Position numbers and translations under genes: made by a program
From: Octopus vulgaris
Taxonomy: Eukaryota
DNA: 64,000 nt
Reading direction: 5' to 3'
Assembly (NCBI GenBank): GCA_951406725.2
Contig: OX597842.1
Span: forward strand, 7,068,001-7,132,000
Shown here: piece after piece, positions 26,437 through 39,120 of the stretch
Position numbering within the stretch: the first letter of the stretch is position 1
Layout of the letters: each line of letters opens with the position of its first letter
Notes under the pieces: generated by a model
What the model was told of the DNA's origin: nothing
What the model saw: only the letters and a program-made list of their open reading frames with translations
Databases searched by the model: none

Positions 26437-26752
26437 GGCGCGTGGCTTAGTGGTTAGGGGCATTCGGCTCACGATTGTAAAGTCGTGAGTTCGATTCCCG
26501 GCGACGCGTTTTGTCCTTGAGCAAGACATTTTATTTCACGTTGCTCCAGTCCCACTCAGCTGGCAAAAATGAGTTGTACCTGTATTTCAAAGTGCCGGCC
26601 TTGTCACACTCTGTGTCACGCTGAATCTCCCTGAGAACTACGTTAGGAGTACGCATGTCTGTGGAGTACTCAGCCACTTGCACGTTAATTTCACGAGCAG
26701 GCTATTCCGTTGATCAGCTGGGACCCTCGTCGTCGCAACCGACGGAGTGCCT
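26437..26752 (+). mobile_element. tRNA-derived SINE family C (GGCGCGTGGCTTAGTGGTTAGGG head)
   Basis: A and B boxes (TGGCTTAGTGG, GTTCGATTC). Related copies at 28325-28582(-) and 36385-36638(-). Confidence 0.85.
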
Positions 26753-27515
26753 CTATATGTATGTATCGTTTATAAATTTGTTTTGTAAAATTCCTCATGT
26801 GAAATAGTTATATTTCGGGATGGTCATTTTTACTTTTATTTTTTTTTAAATTTTTCTTGTCAAATAAACACACACACACGTTCTGCACTCATTTTTATTA
26901 TTGTTCGTATTTTAACATAAGTCCAATGTCCGGAAATCTTTCGTCACGCGTCTGTGACACCGTCAGAGATTCTTCCATCCACGTGTATCTTCAGATATAT
27001 ATTCTTTTATTTGTTTCAGTCATTTTACTGTGGCCATCCTGGAACACCGCCTTTAGCCGAGCAAATCGACTCCAGGACTTATTCTTTTGAAGCCTAGTAC
27101 TTATTCTATCGGTCTCTTTTGCCGAACTGCTAGGTTACGGAGACGTAAACACACCAGCATCGGTTGTCAAGCGATGTGGGAGGGGGGGGGCAAACACAAA
27201 CACACACATACATACATACATACATACATACATACATACATAATACATACATACATACATACATACATACATACATACATACATACATACATACATACAT
27301 AAAATACAAAATGAGACAAGAATGCAAAACATTCGGACAGCTAGGTGGAACAAAATGGGACAACAAAACATCCAGATAGACGATACAAAGAAAACAAGGA
27401 CGGGTCATTCGAAGCCTTCTAACCTCAGATGCACCAAAATTTTGTATGGTGTTACCCATAAAAATTTGCAGGGTGATTATAATCAAAAATAAGCAACAAG
27501 AATGATTCCGGTAAT

Positions 27516-27601
27516 TTGGTACGATTGTTTCATACTGCAACATTTTATTAAAAGCTGTAAATTTTACAGCAGATTTAAGATGCTGAGTACTCTTCAGCCA
27601 A
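27516..27601 (-). ncRNA. Type-I hammerhead ribozyme motif (family of 37539/38154)
   Basis: Minus strand reads TTGG CTGAAGA GTACT...AGTAT GAAAC AATC GTA^CCAA. Its 5' flank folds back (27598-27670). Confidence 0.75.
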
Positions 27602-27710
27602 TTTATATAGGTTTTCCAATAATATAAAAGCTTTCAAATCATATATTATTGGAAAACCTATATAAATTGGTATATAAAGAGGTATTTTTTCATAACGTTT
27701 TCAAATAGCC

Positions 27711-27773
27711 AGATAACCGAAGAGATGGTGTTGTGGATTTCCACTTCGGCATCTGAAACTCAGAGTTTTATCT
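27711..27773 (+). ncRNA. Type-I hammerhead motif (U4C variant)
   Basis: AGATAA CCGAAGA GATG..CATC T GAAA CTC A GAG TT^TTATCT; 6-bp helix I. Confidence 0.65.
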
Positions 27774-27867
27774 TGACTACCGAGTAATGTAACATATTGT
27801 ATAGATAAATTTCCTCTATTTACATAATATTGAGGTCTCTTTCTTTCTTTTGTTATCTTACCGTTTT

Positions 27868-27999
<132 letters not shown>

Positions 28000-28691
28000 G
28001 ACGGGCGTCTTTCATTTCCGTCTACTAAATCTACTCAAGTTTTTTGGTCGGCCTCAAGGTGCCACGTAATGAACCCGGAACCATGTCGTTGGTAAGCAAG
28101 CTACTTATCACACAGCCACTCCGGCGCCTTGGTAACCAAGAGGAAAATGGGTTGGGGAATATACTGTTATTCTTTTATTTGTTTCAGTCATTTGACTGTG
28201 GCCATGCTGGAGCACCACCACATAAAGGGCTTTAGTCGAAGAAATCAACCCCTAGACTTATTCTTTGTAAGCCTAGTACTTATTCTATCGGATCTCTTTT
28301 GCTGAACTGATAAGTTAATAATAAATAATAAATAAATGCGCCCTTTTAAAGCCTAGCCAGGCTCATGGGCCCGATTTCCTGGTTTCTATGGCATATGTGT
28401 CCCCCAGCTGGACGGGACGTCAGTCCATCGCAGCGTTACTCATTTTTGCCAGCTGAGTGGACTGGAGCAACGTGAAATGAAGTGTTTTGATCAAGAACAC
28501 AAAGTGTCGCCCGGTCCAGGAATCGAAACCACAATCTTACGATCGTGATGCTGACACTCTAACCACTAAGCCACGCGCCTCCACGAACTGATAAGTTACG
28601 GGAACATAAACACACCAGCATCGGTTGTCAATCGATGGTGGGGAGGACGAACACAAACACATGCAAATACATATACACACACACATATATA

Positions 28692-28737
<46 letters not shown>

Positions 28738-28774
28738 CGTGTGTGTGTGTGCACGCGTATGTACGACGGGCATA

Positions 28775-29371
28775 CCCATTTCTTTATTACCCACAAGGGG
28801 CTAAACATAGAGGGGACAAACAAGGACAGACATAGGTATTAAGTCGATTACATCGACCCCAGTGCGTAACTGGTACTTAATTTATCGACCCCGAAAGGAT
28901 GAAAGGCAAAGTCGACCTCGGCGGAATTTGAACTCACAACGTAACGCAGACGAAATACCTATTTCTTTATTACCCACAAGGGCTAAACACAGAGGGGACA
29001 AACAAGGACAGACAAAGGGATTAAGTCGATTACATCGACCCCAGTGCGTAACTGGTACTTAATTTATCGACCCCGAAAGGATGAAAGGCAAAGTCGACCT
29101 CGGCGGAATTTGAACTCACAACGTAACGCAGACGAAATACCTATTTCTTTATTACCCACAAGGGGCTAAACACAGAGGGGACAAACAAGGACAGACAAAG
29201 GGATTAAGTCGATTACATCGACCCCAGTGCGTAACTGGTACTTAATTTATCGACCCCGAAAGGATGAAAGGCAAAGTCGACCTCGGCGGAATTTGAACTC
29301 ACAACGTAACGCAGACGAAATACCGCTAGGCATTTCGCCCGGCGTGCTAACGTTTCCGCCAGCTCGCCGCC
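28775..29371 (-). mobile_element. SINE family D tandem trimer
   Basis: Three ~183-bp units plus head. Confidence 0.9.
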
Positions 29372-29509
29372 ATCAATCTATGTATCTCTGCCCTCCTCCC
29401 TAACCCTAACCCTATCCCTAATTGGTTTCATTTATGCATTTATATTTCTTCACTTTTTACTTTCTTTATCCTTACTTTATGTTCGATCCTCTCTCAGCTA
29501 CCCACTTCC

Positions 29510-29563
<54 letters not shown>

Positions 29564-29604
29564 GTCTGTCTCTCTTTCTCTCTCTCTGTCTCTCTCTCTA
29601 TCCG

Positions 29605-29985
29605 CTCAGTCAAAGTTGACTCTCGGTTATTCGATGGATCAGTGTTCTCCAGCCAATTCTATTCTGGGTCGCTTCTTTCAGATTGGCTATGTCCATTCCG
29701 GTATCACTCTTGATGGTGTCAAGCCAGTGGGTTCTTGGTCAGCCTCTTCCTCTCTTGTCACTGACCATTCCGAGCATGATGTCCTTCTCCAGGGATTTTC
29801 TCCGCATAATATGACCAAAATATACCTATCTATGCTTGGTGATCCTAGCTTCCAGCGACAGATTCAGCTTGATCTGGTTAAGAACTTCTCCATTGGTGAG
29901 CCTCGCTGTCCATGGAATCCACAAAAGTCTTCTCCAACACCAAAGCTCGAATGCATTAATTATCTTCTGGTCAGCTTTCTTTAGT
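29605..29985 (-). mobile_element. RTE/BovB-like LINE 3' fragment
   Basis: Minus strand encodes YFGHIMRRKSLEKDIMLGMV..RGRG*PRTHWLDTIK, typical of the RTE C-terminus. Confidence 0.8.
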
Positions 29986-30544
29986 GTCCTTCAAAGTCCA
30001 ACCGTTCTCCTCACCGTGGTGCTTGGGGTGGCAACGGCATATGATGAGTATGCTGGCTAAACGGCTCTGGCCTGGGGAAAGACCTGGTCACCTACCCCAG
30101 AATTTTGGCCAATATACTCTATGGATCAAAATTGTAAGAACCCACTTCTCTAAACCTCATATAATAAAATATCACCTACACCCCATCTCTAGCCTATCAA
30201 AGAACCAGTCTAGCAGACTCTTATTTCACCCGGGTCACTGAACTTAAATATCATATAAACTCTTTTACAAACTATATTCTTAACCTAACCTCACCCCTTA
30301 ATGCCCACAACGGCCAATCTTGTCGGTCACTCTCCCATTTCATGGTCAGCCTCGACAGACTTCAGCCACGTCTCCGCCATATTCTTGGGATATTCTTTTG
30401 TTTGTAAAATTACGTTTCATCTGATGATTATGGTTTTTTTGTAATGAAGTAATGTTATCCTTCATCTATTAACACACCAGCATCTGTTGTCAAGCGATGT
30501 TGGAGGGACAAACACAGACACACAAACACACATATATATATACT

Positions 30545-31109
30545 CTTTACTCTCTTTTTTACTCTTTTACTTGTTTCAGTCATTTGACTGCGGCCATGCT
30601 GGAGCACCACCTTTTAGTACTTATTTTATCGGTCTCTTTTTGCCGAACCGCTAAGTGACGGGGACCTAAACACACCAGCATCGGTTGTCAAGCAATGCTA
30701 GGGGGACAAACACAGACACACAAACACACACCCATATACATATATATACATATATACGACAGGCTTCTTTCAGTTTCCGTCTACCAAATCCACTCACAAG
30801 GCATTGGTCGGCCCGGGGCTATAGCAGAAGACACTTGCCCAAGATGCCACGCAGTGGGGTTGAACCCGCAACCGTGTGGTTGGTTAGCAAGCTACTTACC
30901 ACACAGCCACTCCTGCGCCTACATGTATATATATATATATGTGCATATATACGTTGGGCTTCTTTCAGTTTCCGTTTACCAAATCCACTCACAAGGCTTT
31001 GGTCGGCCTGAGGCTATAGTAGAAGACATTTGCCCAAGGTGCCACGATGTGGGACTGAACCCGGAACCATGTGGTTGGTAAGCATTCTACTTACCACACA
31101 GCCACTCCT
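30545..31109 (-). mobile_element. SINE family A copy plus extra head
   Basis: Consensus match. Confidence 0.88.
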
Positions 31110-31352
31110 ACGAATTAAAAATGAAACTTTTTTATTTTCCATGTCAAGGAAAATCTATGAGGAGCGGCTGGAGGACTTGAAATTCACACACACACATAGA
31201 TATGCGACTTCACCCTCCATTCCATAAAATCTCCCCCACCCCTACATACATGCGCCCATCCATCCGCCGCCACCATTACCACTGTCACTATTGCTATCGC
31301 CTATCCTGGTGTCAAAGTCAACTGCCCTTTGTTTTTGTGTATCTATACAATC

Positions 31353-31399
<47 letters not shown>

Positions 31400-31544
31400 T
31401 GATTGTGTTTGCGTGTCGGTTTCCAAAAGTATGACTGAGATCATGTCACGAAGTGCATCATGAAATCACAGTTAGTGACACCATCTAAACCAGCTTACTC
31501 ACTAGGAATGCCTATGTATGTTCGTATGTGTGGGTATGTATATG

Positions 31545-32335
31545 TGGCTGTGTGGTAAGTAGCTTACTTACGAACCACATGGTTCCGGGTTCAGTCCCAC
31601 TGCGTGGCACCTTGGCCATGTGTTTTCTACTATGGCCTCGGGCCGACCAAAACCTTGTCAGTGGATTTGGTAGACAGAAACTGAAAGAAGCCCGTCGTAT
31701 ATATATATATAAAAACATATATATGTGTGTGTGTGTGCCTGTGTTTGTTCCCCAACATCGCTTGACAACCGATGCTGGTGTGTTTACGTCCCCGTAACTT
31801 AGCGGTTCGGCAAAAGACACCGATAGAATAAGTACTAGGGTCGATTTGTTCGACTAAAGGCGATGCTCCAGCATGGCCACAGTCAAATGACAGAAACAAG
31901 TAAAAGAAAAAGAGTATATATATATATATAGGCGCAGGAGTGGCTGTGTGGTAAGTAGCTTGCTAACCAACCCCATGGTTCCGGGTTCAGTCCCACTGCG
32001 TGGCATCTTGGGCAAGTGTCTTCTGCTATAGCCCCGGGCCGTCCAATGTCTTGTGAGTGGATTTGGTAGACGGAAACTGAAAGAAGCCTGTCGTATATAT
32101 GTATATATATGTATGTGTGTGTTTGTGTGTCTGTGTTTGTCCCCCTAGCATTGCTTGACAACCGATGCTGGTGTGTTTACGTCCCCGTCACTTAGTGGTT
32201 CGGCAAAAAGAGACCGATAGAATAAGTACTGGGCTTACAAAGAATAAGTCCCGGGGTCGATTTACTCGACTAAAGGCGGTGCTCCAGCATGGCCGCAGTC
32301 AAATGACTGAAACAAGTAAAAGAGAAAAGAAAAGA
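31545..32335 (+). mobile_element. Two tandem SINE family A copies
   Basis: Consensus match at 31545-31910 and 31931-32335. Confidence 0.9.
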
Positions 32336-32503
32336 GAAAGAGATATATATATATATTTAATTGGAACTATCCAAACAATAGCAATCAGTTTACATGAGTA
32401 GAAAGTTATTTTTATCCTGAAAATCCTGTTACTTTTATTTTAAAGTGAAAGTGACGAGAAAGTGAAAGTTGAATGAACTTGCAGGTGCGTGTGTGTGAGA
32501 GAC

Positions 32504-32559
<56 letters not shown>

Positions 32560-32767
32560 CTACTTAGACATGAGAACATGAGAACACAAACGTCCACTTA
32601 CTCACACTCTCCCTCTCTCCCCCCCTCTCTCTCTCTTTCACACACACACACACACATACATACAGAAAAGATGTACGCATATGTATTGGTGTATGTACGT
32701 ATACATGACGACACACCCCTTGAGTCACTCTCTCTCTCTCTTTCTTGTTCTCTCTCTTTTCCTCTCC

Positions 32768-32810
<43 letters not shown>

Positions 32811-32844
32811 CTCATGTCCATTTCATACACACGTGCATACGTGG

Positions 32845-33165
32845 AGGCGCAATGGCCCAGTGGTTAGGGCAGCGGACCCGCGGTCATAGGATCGCGGTTT
32901 CGATTCCCAGACCGGGCGTTGTGAGTGTTTATTGAGCGAAAACACCCAAAGCTCCACGAGGCTCCGGCAGGGGATGGTGGTGATCCCTGCTGTACTCTTT
33001 CACCACAACTTTCTCTCACTCTTACTTCCTGTTTCTGTTGTACCTGTATTTCAAGGGGCCGGCCTTGTCACTCTCTGTGTCACGCTGAATATCCCCGAGA
33101 ACTACGTTAAGGATACACGTGTCTGTGGAGTGCTCAGCCACTTACACGTTAATTTCACGAGCAGG
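32845..33165 (+). mobile_element. SINE family B copy
   Basis: Consensus match. Confidence 0.88.
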
Positions 33166-33402
33166 CTTCCATCCCACATACATCTTTCACGTTCTCCTCG
33201 CTTTCACTTTAAAACGAAAGTCAACTCTTTTATTCTTTTACTTGTTTCAGTCATTTGACTGTGGCCATACTGGAGCACCGCCTTTAGTCGAACAAATTGA
33301 CCCCAGGACTTATTCTTTCTAAGCCTAGTACTTATTCTGTCGGTGTCCTTTGCCGAACCGCTAAGTTACGGAGACATTAACACACCAGCATTGGTTGTCA
33401 AG

Positions 33403-33679
33403 TGATGGACGGAATTTTCTAGTTAACTAAACAATTTGAAACTTCGTATACTGGTAGAATGTGTCAAAAGAAAACATTATTGTAAACAAAATTGAAAACA
33501 AAATTGTAATTTGTAAGTTTAACGTAGTTTAATTCTTCGAATTTTAACCAATGAAATACCAGCATTTGATCTCAAATCATTTGCTGCGTTATCGATATTG
33601 ATAAACAAACATAGCAGACGCACGCCGCATACACACACATATATTCAGATACATACACACGTACACTTGCACACACACA

Positions 33680-33727
<48 letters not shown>

Positions 33728-34640
33728 CACTCTCTCTCGCTCTCTCTCAAACACATGCATATACATTTGCACAAGCACATAGTAATTACTATATAAGCGT
33801 ACACACACATACAAACGGAGATATACATACATACACATAAGCACACAAGCATACATACACGTTCGTGAGTTCGCACTGGTGTCGATAGAATCGACTTAAT
33901 ACTTTTGTATCTCATGCTTTGTCCACTCTGTGTTTTGCCCCTTGCCGCAACAAATTTACACAAAAGGTAAATAAACCAGAAATGGGGGGGGAGTCAATGT
34001 TTCATCGTTTCGGGGTCGATAAATTAAGTACCAGTTACGCACTGGTGTCGAGGATTTTTTTCCCAATTTATATCACAGCCTCCGACAAGCTGGGACATCC
34101 TTTTATGAAAAAATATTTCGCAAATTTTTACAATACGACCCACACTCCACGCGTACCCTCTACACCGATTTAGGCATATTATTGTTTTGTTTTTGTTGTT
34201 TCTGGCCCTTCAAAACCATGGGAGAAGCCTTTTCGGTAAAAAAAAAAGAAAGAAAATATTCCAGAAATATCGTTAATATTTTTATTGGGCGACGAAATTC
34301 ATCGATTTAAGAAATATAGCTGTTATTTCTAGCACATGCAGAAGACAGAAGATTGATTAATACGTGTGTGTGTGTGTGTGTGCGCGCGCGCGCGCGTGTG
34401 TGCTGTTTACGTTCAACAGGATATTGTCTGAGTTTTTAGACGCAGCAAATGATTTGAGCTCAAATGCTGGTATTTCATTGGTTAAAATTCGAAGAATTAA
34501 ACTACGTTAAACTTACAAATTACAATTTTGTTTTCAATTTTGTTTACAATAATGTCTTCTTTTGACACATTCTACCAGTATACGAAGTTTCAAATTGTTT
34601 AGTTAACTAGAAAATTCCGTCCATCAAAAGGAAAAGATCC
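33403..34640. mobile_element. Second Sola2-like fold-back MITE; arms (33403-33590, 34440-34640) separated by other sequence
   Basis: Arms are reverse complements of each other and homologous to 12511-13083. The right end reads CAAAAGGAAAAGATCC. Confidence 0.75.
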
Positions 34641-35603
34641 AAAATGATTTTTTAAATCTGCCGGTCAAAGTGAAAAGATCCCCTTTGTCCATTTCCTCGC
34701 ATACTGTTATTTTCTATTTTTTGGTGCCTTCTGGTTGTTGAATTGAGACTTTAACTCTCATTTCTAAATAGGTTGATACTCACTGCACCCTTAAGGCTTC
34801 GTGCTAATTTTATATTTTATAATGCTATTAAACCTGTGAACAACCTATGTTACTGCTGTTAATATTATCCATTTAAAATATTTACCGTAGATGGTATTAA
34901 CAATATATTTATTTTTTATTTATGCGCCATTTTCAAGCCTATCCAGGCTCATGGGCCCGGTTTCTATGGCGTATGTGTTCCCCACATGGCAGCGTTACTC
35001 AAGAAACAGGAAGAAAGAGTGAGAGAAAGAGTACAACAGGGGTCACCACCCCCTTCCGGAGCCTCGTGGAGCTTTAGGTGTTTTCGCTCAATAAACACAC
35101 ACAACACCTGGTCTGGGAATCGAAACCACGATCCTCCGACCGGGAGTCTGCTGCCCTAACGACTGGGCCATTGCGCCTTTACGGTATTAACAATAGTAAC
35201 ATCTTATTTCGAATGTAAGCATTCGAATGATGTTGGTCGGCTGAAGTTACAGTAAAACAGACTTGGCCAAGGTCCCACACAGAGGGATTGAACGCGAAAT
35301 TATGTATTTGGGAACTATGTATGTTTGTGCTTACTATAACCAACTCCATATGATATACAATTTGTATATCAGTTGTCGCTGAAGACTGGCGATGTTACAT
35401 GCGATGAAAAAGATCATTTTTTCCTTTATAAAAGTTTACAGGGATAAAAATGGAAAAAGAAAATGTAAGAAAAAAATAAAAGTTTTTTTCTATAGATGAA
35501 GGGTCATAACTACTGTATTACTCAATTATTTAAATTATAGAGTTACCTCCCATTACATACAACCAAATTATAAAAGCATGTCTGAAAGCGAATTATTCAT
35601 CTA

Positions 35604-36115
35604 CCGTAAATCCTCGAGTATAATCCGCACTTTTTTCACAAAATTTAAAGGTCAGAATCCCTACTGCGTATTATACACGAGGTTAAGAATGAAAATTATT
35701 TTCTAAGCAATGTCCTAGTCTCTATTTGCTGTCCAGCAATGTTTATTCAGACGCATTTTGTGATGTCGGGTGCGAAAATACCTTAAGCTAAGCCTGAAGG
35801 CAATGAAGTCATAAAAGAATCATCCATAACTTGCAGTAAGCAACATTTATTAAACGTTATTACTGTTATTTCTTTATTTTCTGCAAACAAAATGCACAAA
35901 AAAGTTACACGTTTGCAGTATGTTATATATACAATAATAATAAAGGACGTTACCGTATACAGTTTTACAAACCAAGGACGTTATATAGACCTCCTTGACT
36001 CAAGTTAGAGAAGGGGTGCGTATTAGACACAAGGTTTAGGTTTTTCAGAGGTACAGCCCCCTAAAAATCCCCTGTGTATTATACTCAAGAGCGGACTATT
36101 CTCGAGGATTTACGG
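35604..36115. mobile_element. Tc1/pogo(Tigger)-type MITE
   Basis: TA|CCGTAAATCCTCGAG ... CTCGAGGATTTACGG|TA; a second copy in opposite orientation is at 54139-54620. Confidence 0.9.
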
Positions 36116-37474
36116 TACTAAATATTAATAGTTTATTTATCTGTAATTTTTTAAAATCTCATTTCAGTTATTGGACTGCAGCCATAGTGGGGCACTGCCT
36201 TCACGGGTTTTAATTGAACAAATCGACCCCAGGACTTATTTTTTATATCTAGTACTTATTTTATTGGTGTCTTTTTTTTTGCCGGGCCACAAGGCAATGG
36301 GGACGTAAACACACCAACACCAGTTATTGAGCGGTAGTGGGAACACACACAGATAGATAGATACATACATACATAACATAAAATAAAATAAATACGCCCT
36401 TTTAAAGCTAAGCCAGGCTCATGGGCCCGATTTCCTGGTTTCTATGGCATATGTGTCCCCCAGCTGGACGGGACGCCAGTCCATCACAGCGTTACTCATT
36501 TTTGTCAGCTGAGTGGACTGGAGCAACGTGAAATGAAGTGTTTTGCTCAAGAACACAACGCGTCGCCCGGTCCAGGAATCAAAACCACAATCTTACGATC
36601 ATGATGCTGACACCCTAACCACTAAGCCACGCGCCTCCACACATACATACATACATACACATATATTATCTCTTTTACTTGCTTCAGTCATTACAGTATG
36701 GCCACGCTGGAGCACCACCTTGAATTTATAGCCGAACGAATCAACCCCAGTACTTATTTATTTGCTGAGCCTGGTACTTATTCTATCAGTCTCTATTGTC
36801 AAACTGCTAGGTTACGGGAACATACATACAACTTCGGTTGTCAAGCGGTGATGGGGACACAAATACAGACACAAAGATACACACACACACAGATACATAC
36901 CTACATATATGTGTGTGTATCTCCACCATCACTTGACAACTGATGTTGCTGTGCTTAAGTCTCCGTAATGTAGTCGTTTGGCAAAACACACCGATAGAAT
37001 AAGTACTAGGCTTACAAAGAGTAAATTCTGCGGTCGACTACTTCGGCAAGGCGGTGCTCCAGCATGGCCACAGTTACATGACAAATATAAATAAAACAAT
37101 AAAAGACTATGCCGTTTTATTCCCGAGCAACGCCAGGTATCTGCTAGCATATATATATATATATATATATATAAGTTCAGCAAAAATTTAGATTCAAATG
37201 AATATGGTACTTAATTTAGATGCACCAGAATTCTGTATGGTGTTATCCATAGAAATCCGTGGGGTGGTTATAATCAAAATAAGCAACAAGAATGACCCCG
37301 GTAATTTGGTACGATCGTTTCGGACTACATCATTGGACGGTTCAACTGGGGTCTGGGAAGCCAGGAGGCTGCGCCAGGCCCAGTCTGATCTGGCAGTGTT
37401 TCTACAGCTGGATGCCCTTCCTAACGCCAACCACTCAGAGAGTGTAGTGGGTGCTTTTTATGTGCCACCTGCAC

Positions 37475-37507
<33 letters not shown>

Positions 37508-37538
37508 CAAAATAAGCAACAAGAATGACTCCGGTAAT

Positions 37539-37624
37539 TTGGTACGATCATTTCGTACTACATCATTTTATTAAATGCTGTAAGTATTACAACAGTTTTA
37601 AAATGCTGAGCACTCATCAGCCAA
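37539..37624 (-). ncRNA. Type-I hammerhead ribozyme (left arm of palindrome)
   Basis: Minus strand reads TTGG CTGATGA GTGCT...AGTAC GAAAT GATC GTA^CCAA. Confidence 0.78.
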
Positions 37625-38153
37625 TTATAGAGGTTTTCCATTAATACAAAAATTTTCATATCAAGTGGCAACATTATAGAGAAGGTAGATATATAGACAA
37701 AGATGTGGATTTAAATTTTAAGAACATTTTAGGTAGTGGAGCTCATTAACTGACTGACTAAGATTCAGTTGTTCCAGACTACTGTAAGGTCCTGAGAGGG
37801 AAGAACAAATGAAAGGAGACAATAAAGATTTTCTAATTATAGAAATGGGGTAAAGGAGGTTTCAGAGTTCCATATAAGGAATTTTTGTGCTGTCTTTCAC
37901 AAAAATTCCTTATATGGAACTCTGAAACCCGCTTTACCTCATTTCTATAATTAGAATATCTTTATTGTCTCCTTCAACTTATTCTTCCCTCTCACAGTAG
38001 TTTGGATCAACCAAATCTTAGTCAGTCAGTTGATGGGCTCCACTAACTCAAGTGTTCTTAAAATTTAAATCCACATCTTTGTCTATATATCTACCTTCTC
38101 TATAATGTTGCCACTTGATATGAAAATTTTTGTATTAATGGAAAACCTCTATA

Positions 38154-38241
38154 ATTGGCTGATGAGTGCTCAGCATTTTAAAACTGTTGTAATACTTACA
38201 ACATTTAATAAAATGATGTAGTATGAAACGATCGTACCAAA
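38154..38241 (+). ncRNA. Type-I hammerhead ribozyme, intact core (right arm of palindrome)
   Basis: TTGG CTGATGA GTGCT...AGTAT GAAAC GATC GTA^CCAA; helix III is the palindrome ACGATCGT. Confidence 0.82.
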
Positions 38242-38560
38242 TTACCGGAGTCATTCTTGTTGCTTATTTTGATTATATATATATATATATATATATATAT
38301 CTGTGCAGGTGGCACATAAAAAGCACCCACTACACTCTCTGAGTGGTTGGCATTAGGAAGGGCATCCAGCTGTAGAAACACTGCCAGATCAGACTGGGCC
38401 TGGCGCAGCCTCCTGGCTTCCCAGACCCCAGTTAAACCGTCCAACCCATGCTAGCATGGAAAACGGACGTTAAACGATGATGATGATGATGATGATGATA
38501 TATATATATAAAATAAAAAAGGAAAATGGACCATTTTTTTCTGGTGTTATTTATTCCCCA

Positions 38561-38650
38561 TTACACATGTTTCATTTGCAAATAGGAATTACATAGTTTT
38601 ACATTTTAGATAAACATGTAAAGAATTTCCAGTTAAAAATTCTTCAGGCA
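38561..38650 (-). ncRNA. Degenerate hammerhead motif
   Basis: Minus strand reads CTGAAGA ATTT...AAAT GAAAC ATGT GTA; helix I is not preserved. Confidence 0.45.
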
Positions 38651-38785
38651 GAGAAAGTAAATAATACAAATTTCACATTTGAATGAAGTGTTTATATTTA
38701 GAGAGTAATCAAGAGCAGCACAAACTGTCCCACTACAGGAAGAAAAAAAAGAGAGAGAGAGACACTGACCCATCTTAGCTACCAA

Positions 38786-38831
<46 letters not shown>

Positions 38832-38840
38832 GTGTGTGTG

Positions 38841-39120
38841 GAGGCGCAATGGCCCAGGATCGCGGTTTCGATTCCCAGACCGGGTGTTGTGAGTGTTTAT
38901 TGAGCGAAAACACCTAAAGTTCCACGAGGCTCCGGCAGGGGGCTGTGGCAGTCCCTGCTGTACTCTTTCGCCACAACTTTCTCTCACTCTTTCTTCTGTT
39001 GGCCTGCTCGCTTAGCCAGCGGGGTGGTGTCATTTGAAGGCTAAAAAACAATGCGAAGCGCATTGTGACCAGCGATGTGTAGCAACATCTGATAGCCTGG
39101 TCGGTCACAGTGATCACGGT
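38841..39120 (+). mobile_element. SINE family B copy (internally deleted head)
   Basis: Consensus match. Confidence 0.82.

Larger units (their letters stand above)
37336..38443. repeat. ~1.1-kb near-perfect palindrome centred near 37890
   Basis: The left arm (SINE fragment, (TA)n, hammerhead repeat) is mirrored in the right arm. The centre reads ccatataaggaatttttgtg-ctgtcttt-cacaaaaattccttatatgg. Confidence 0.95.
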
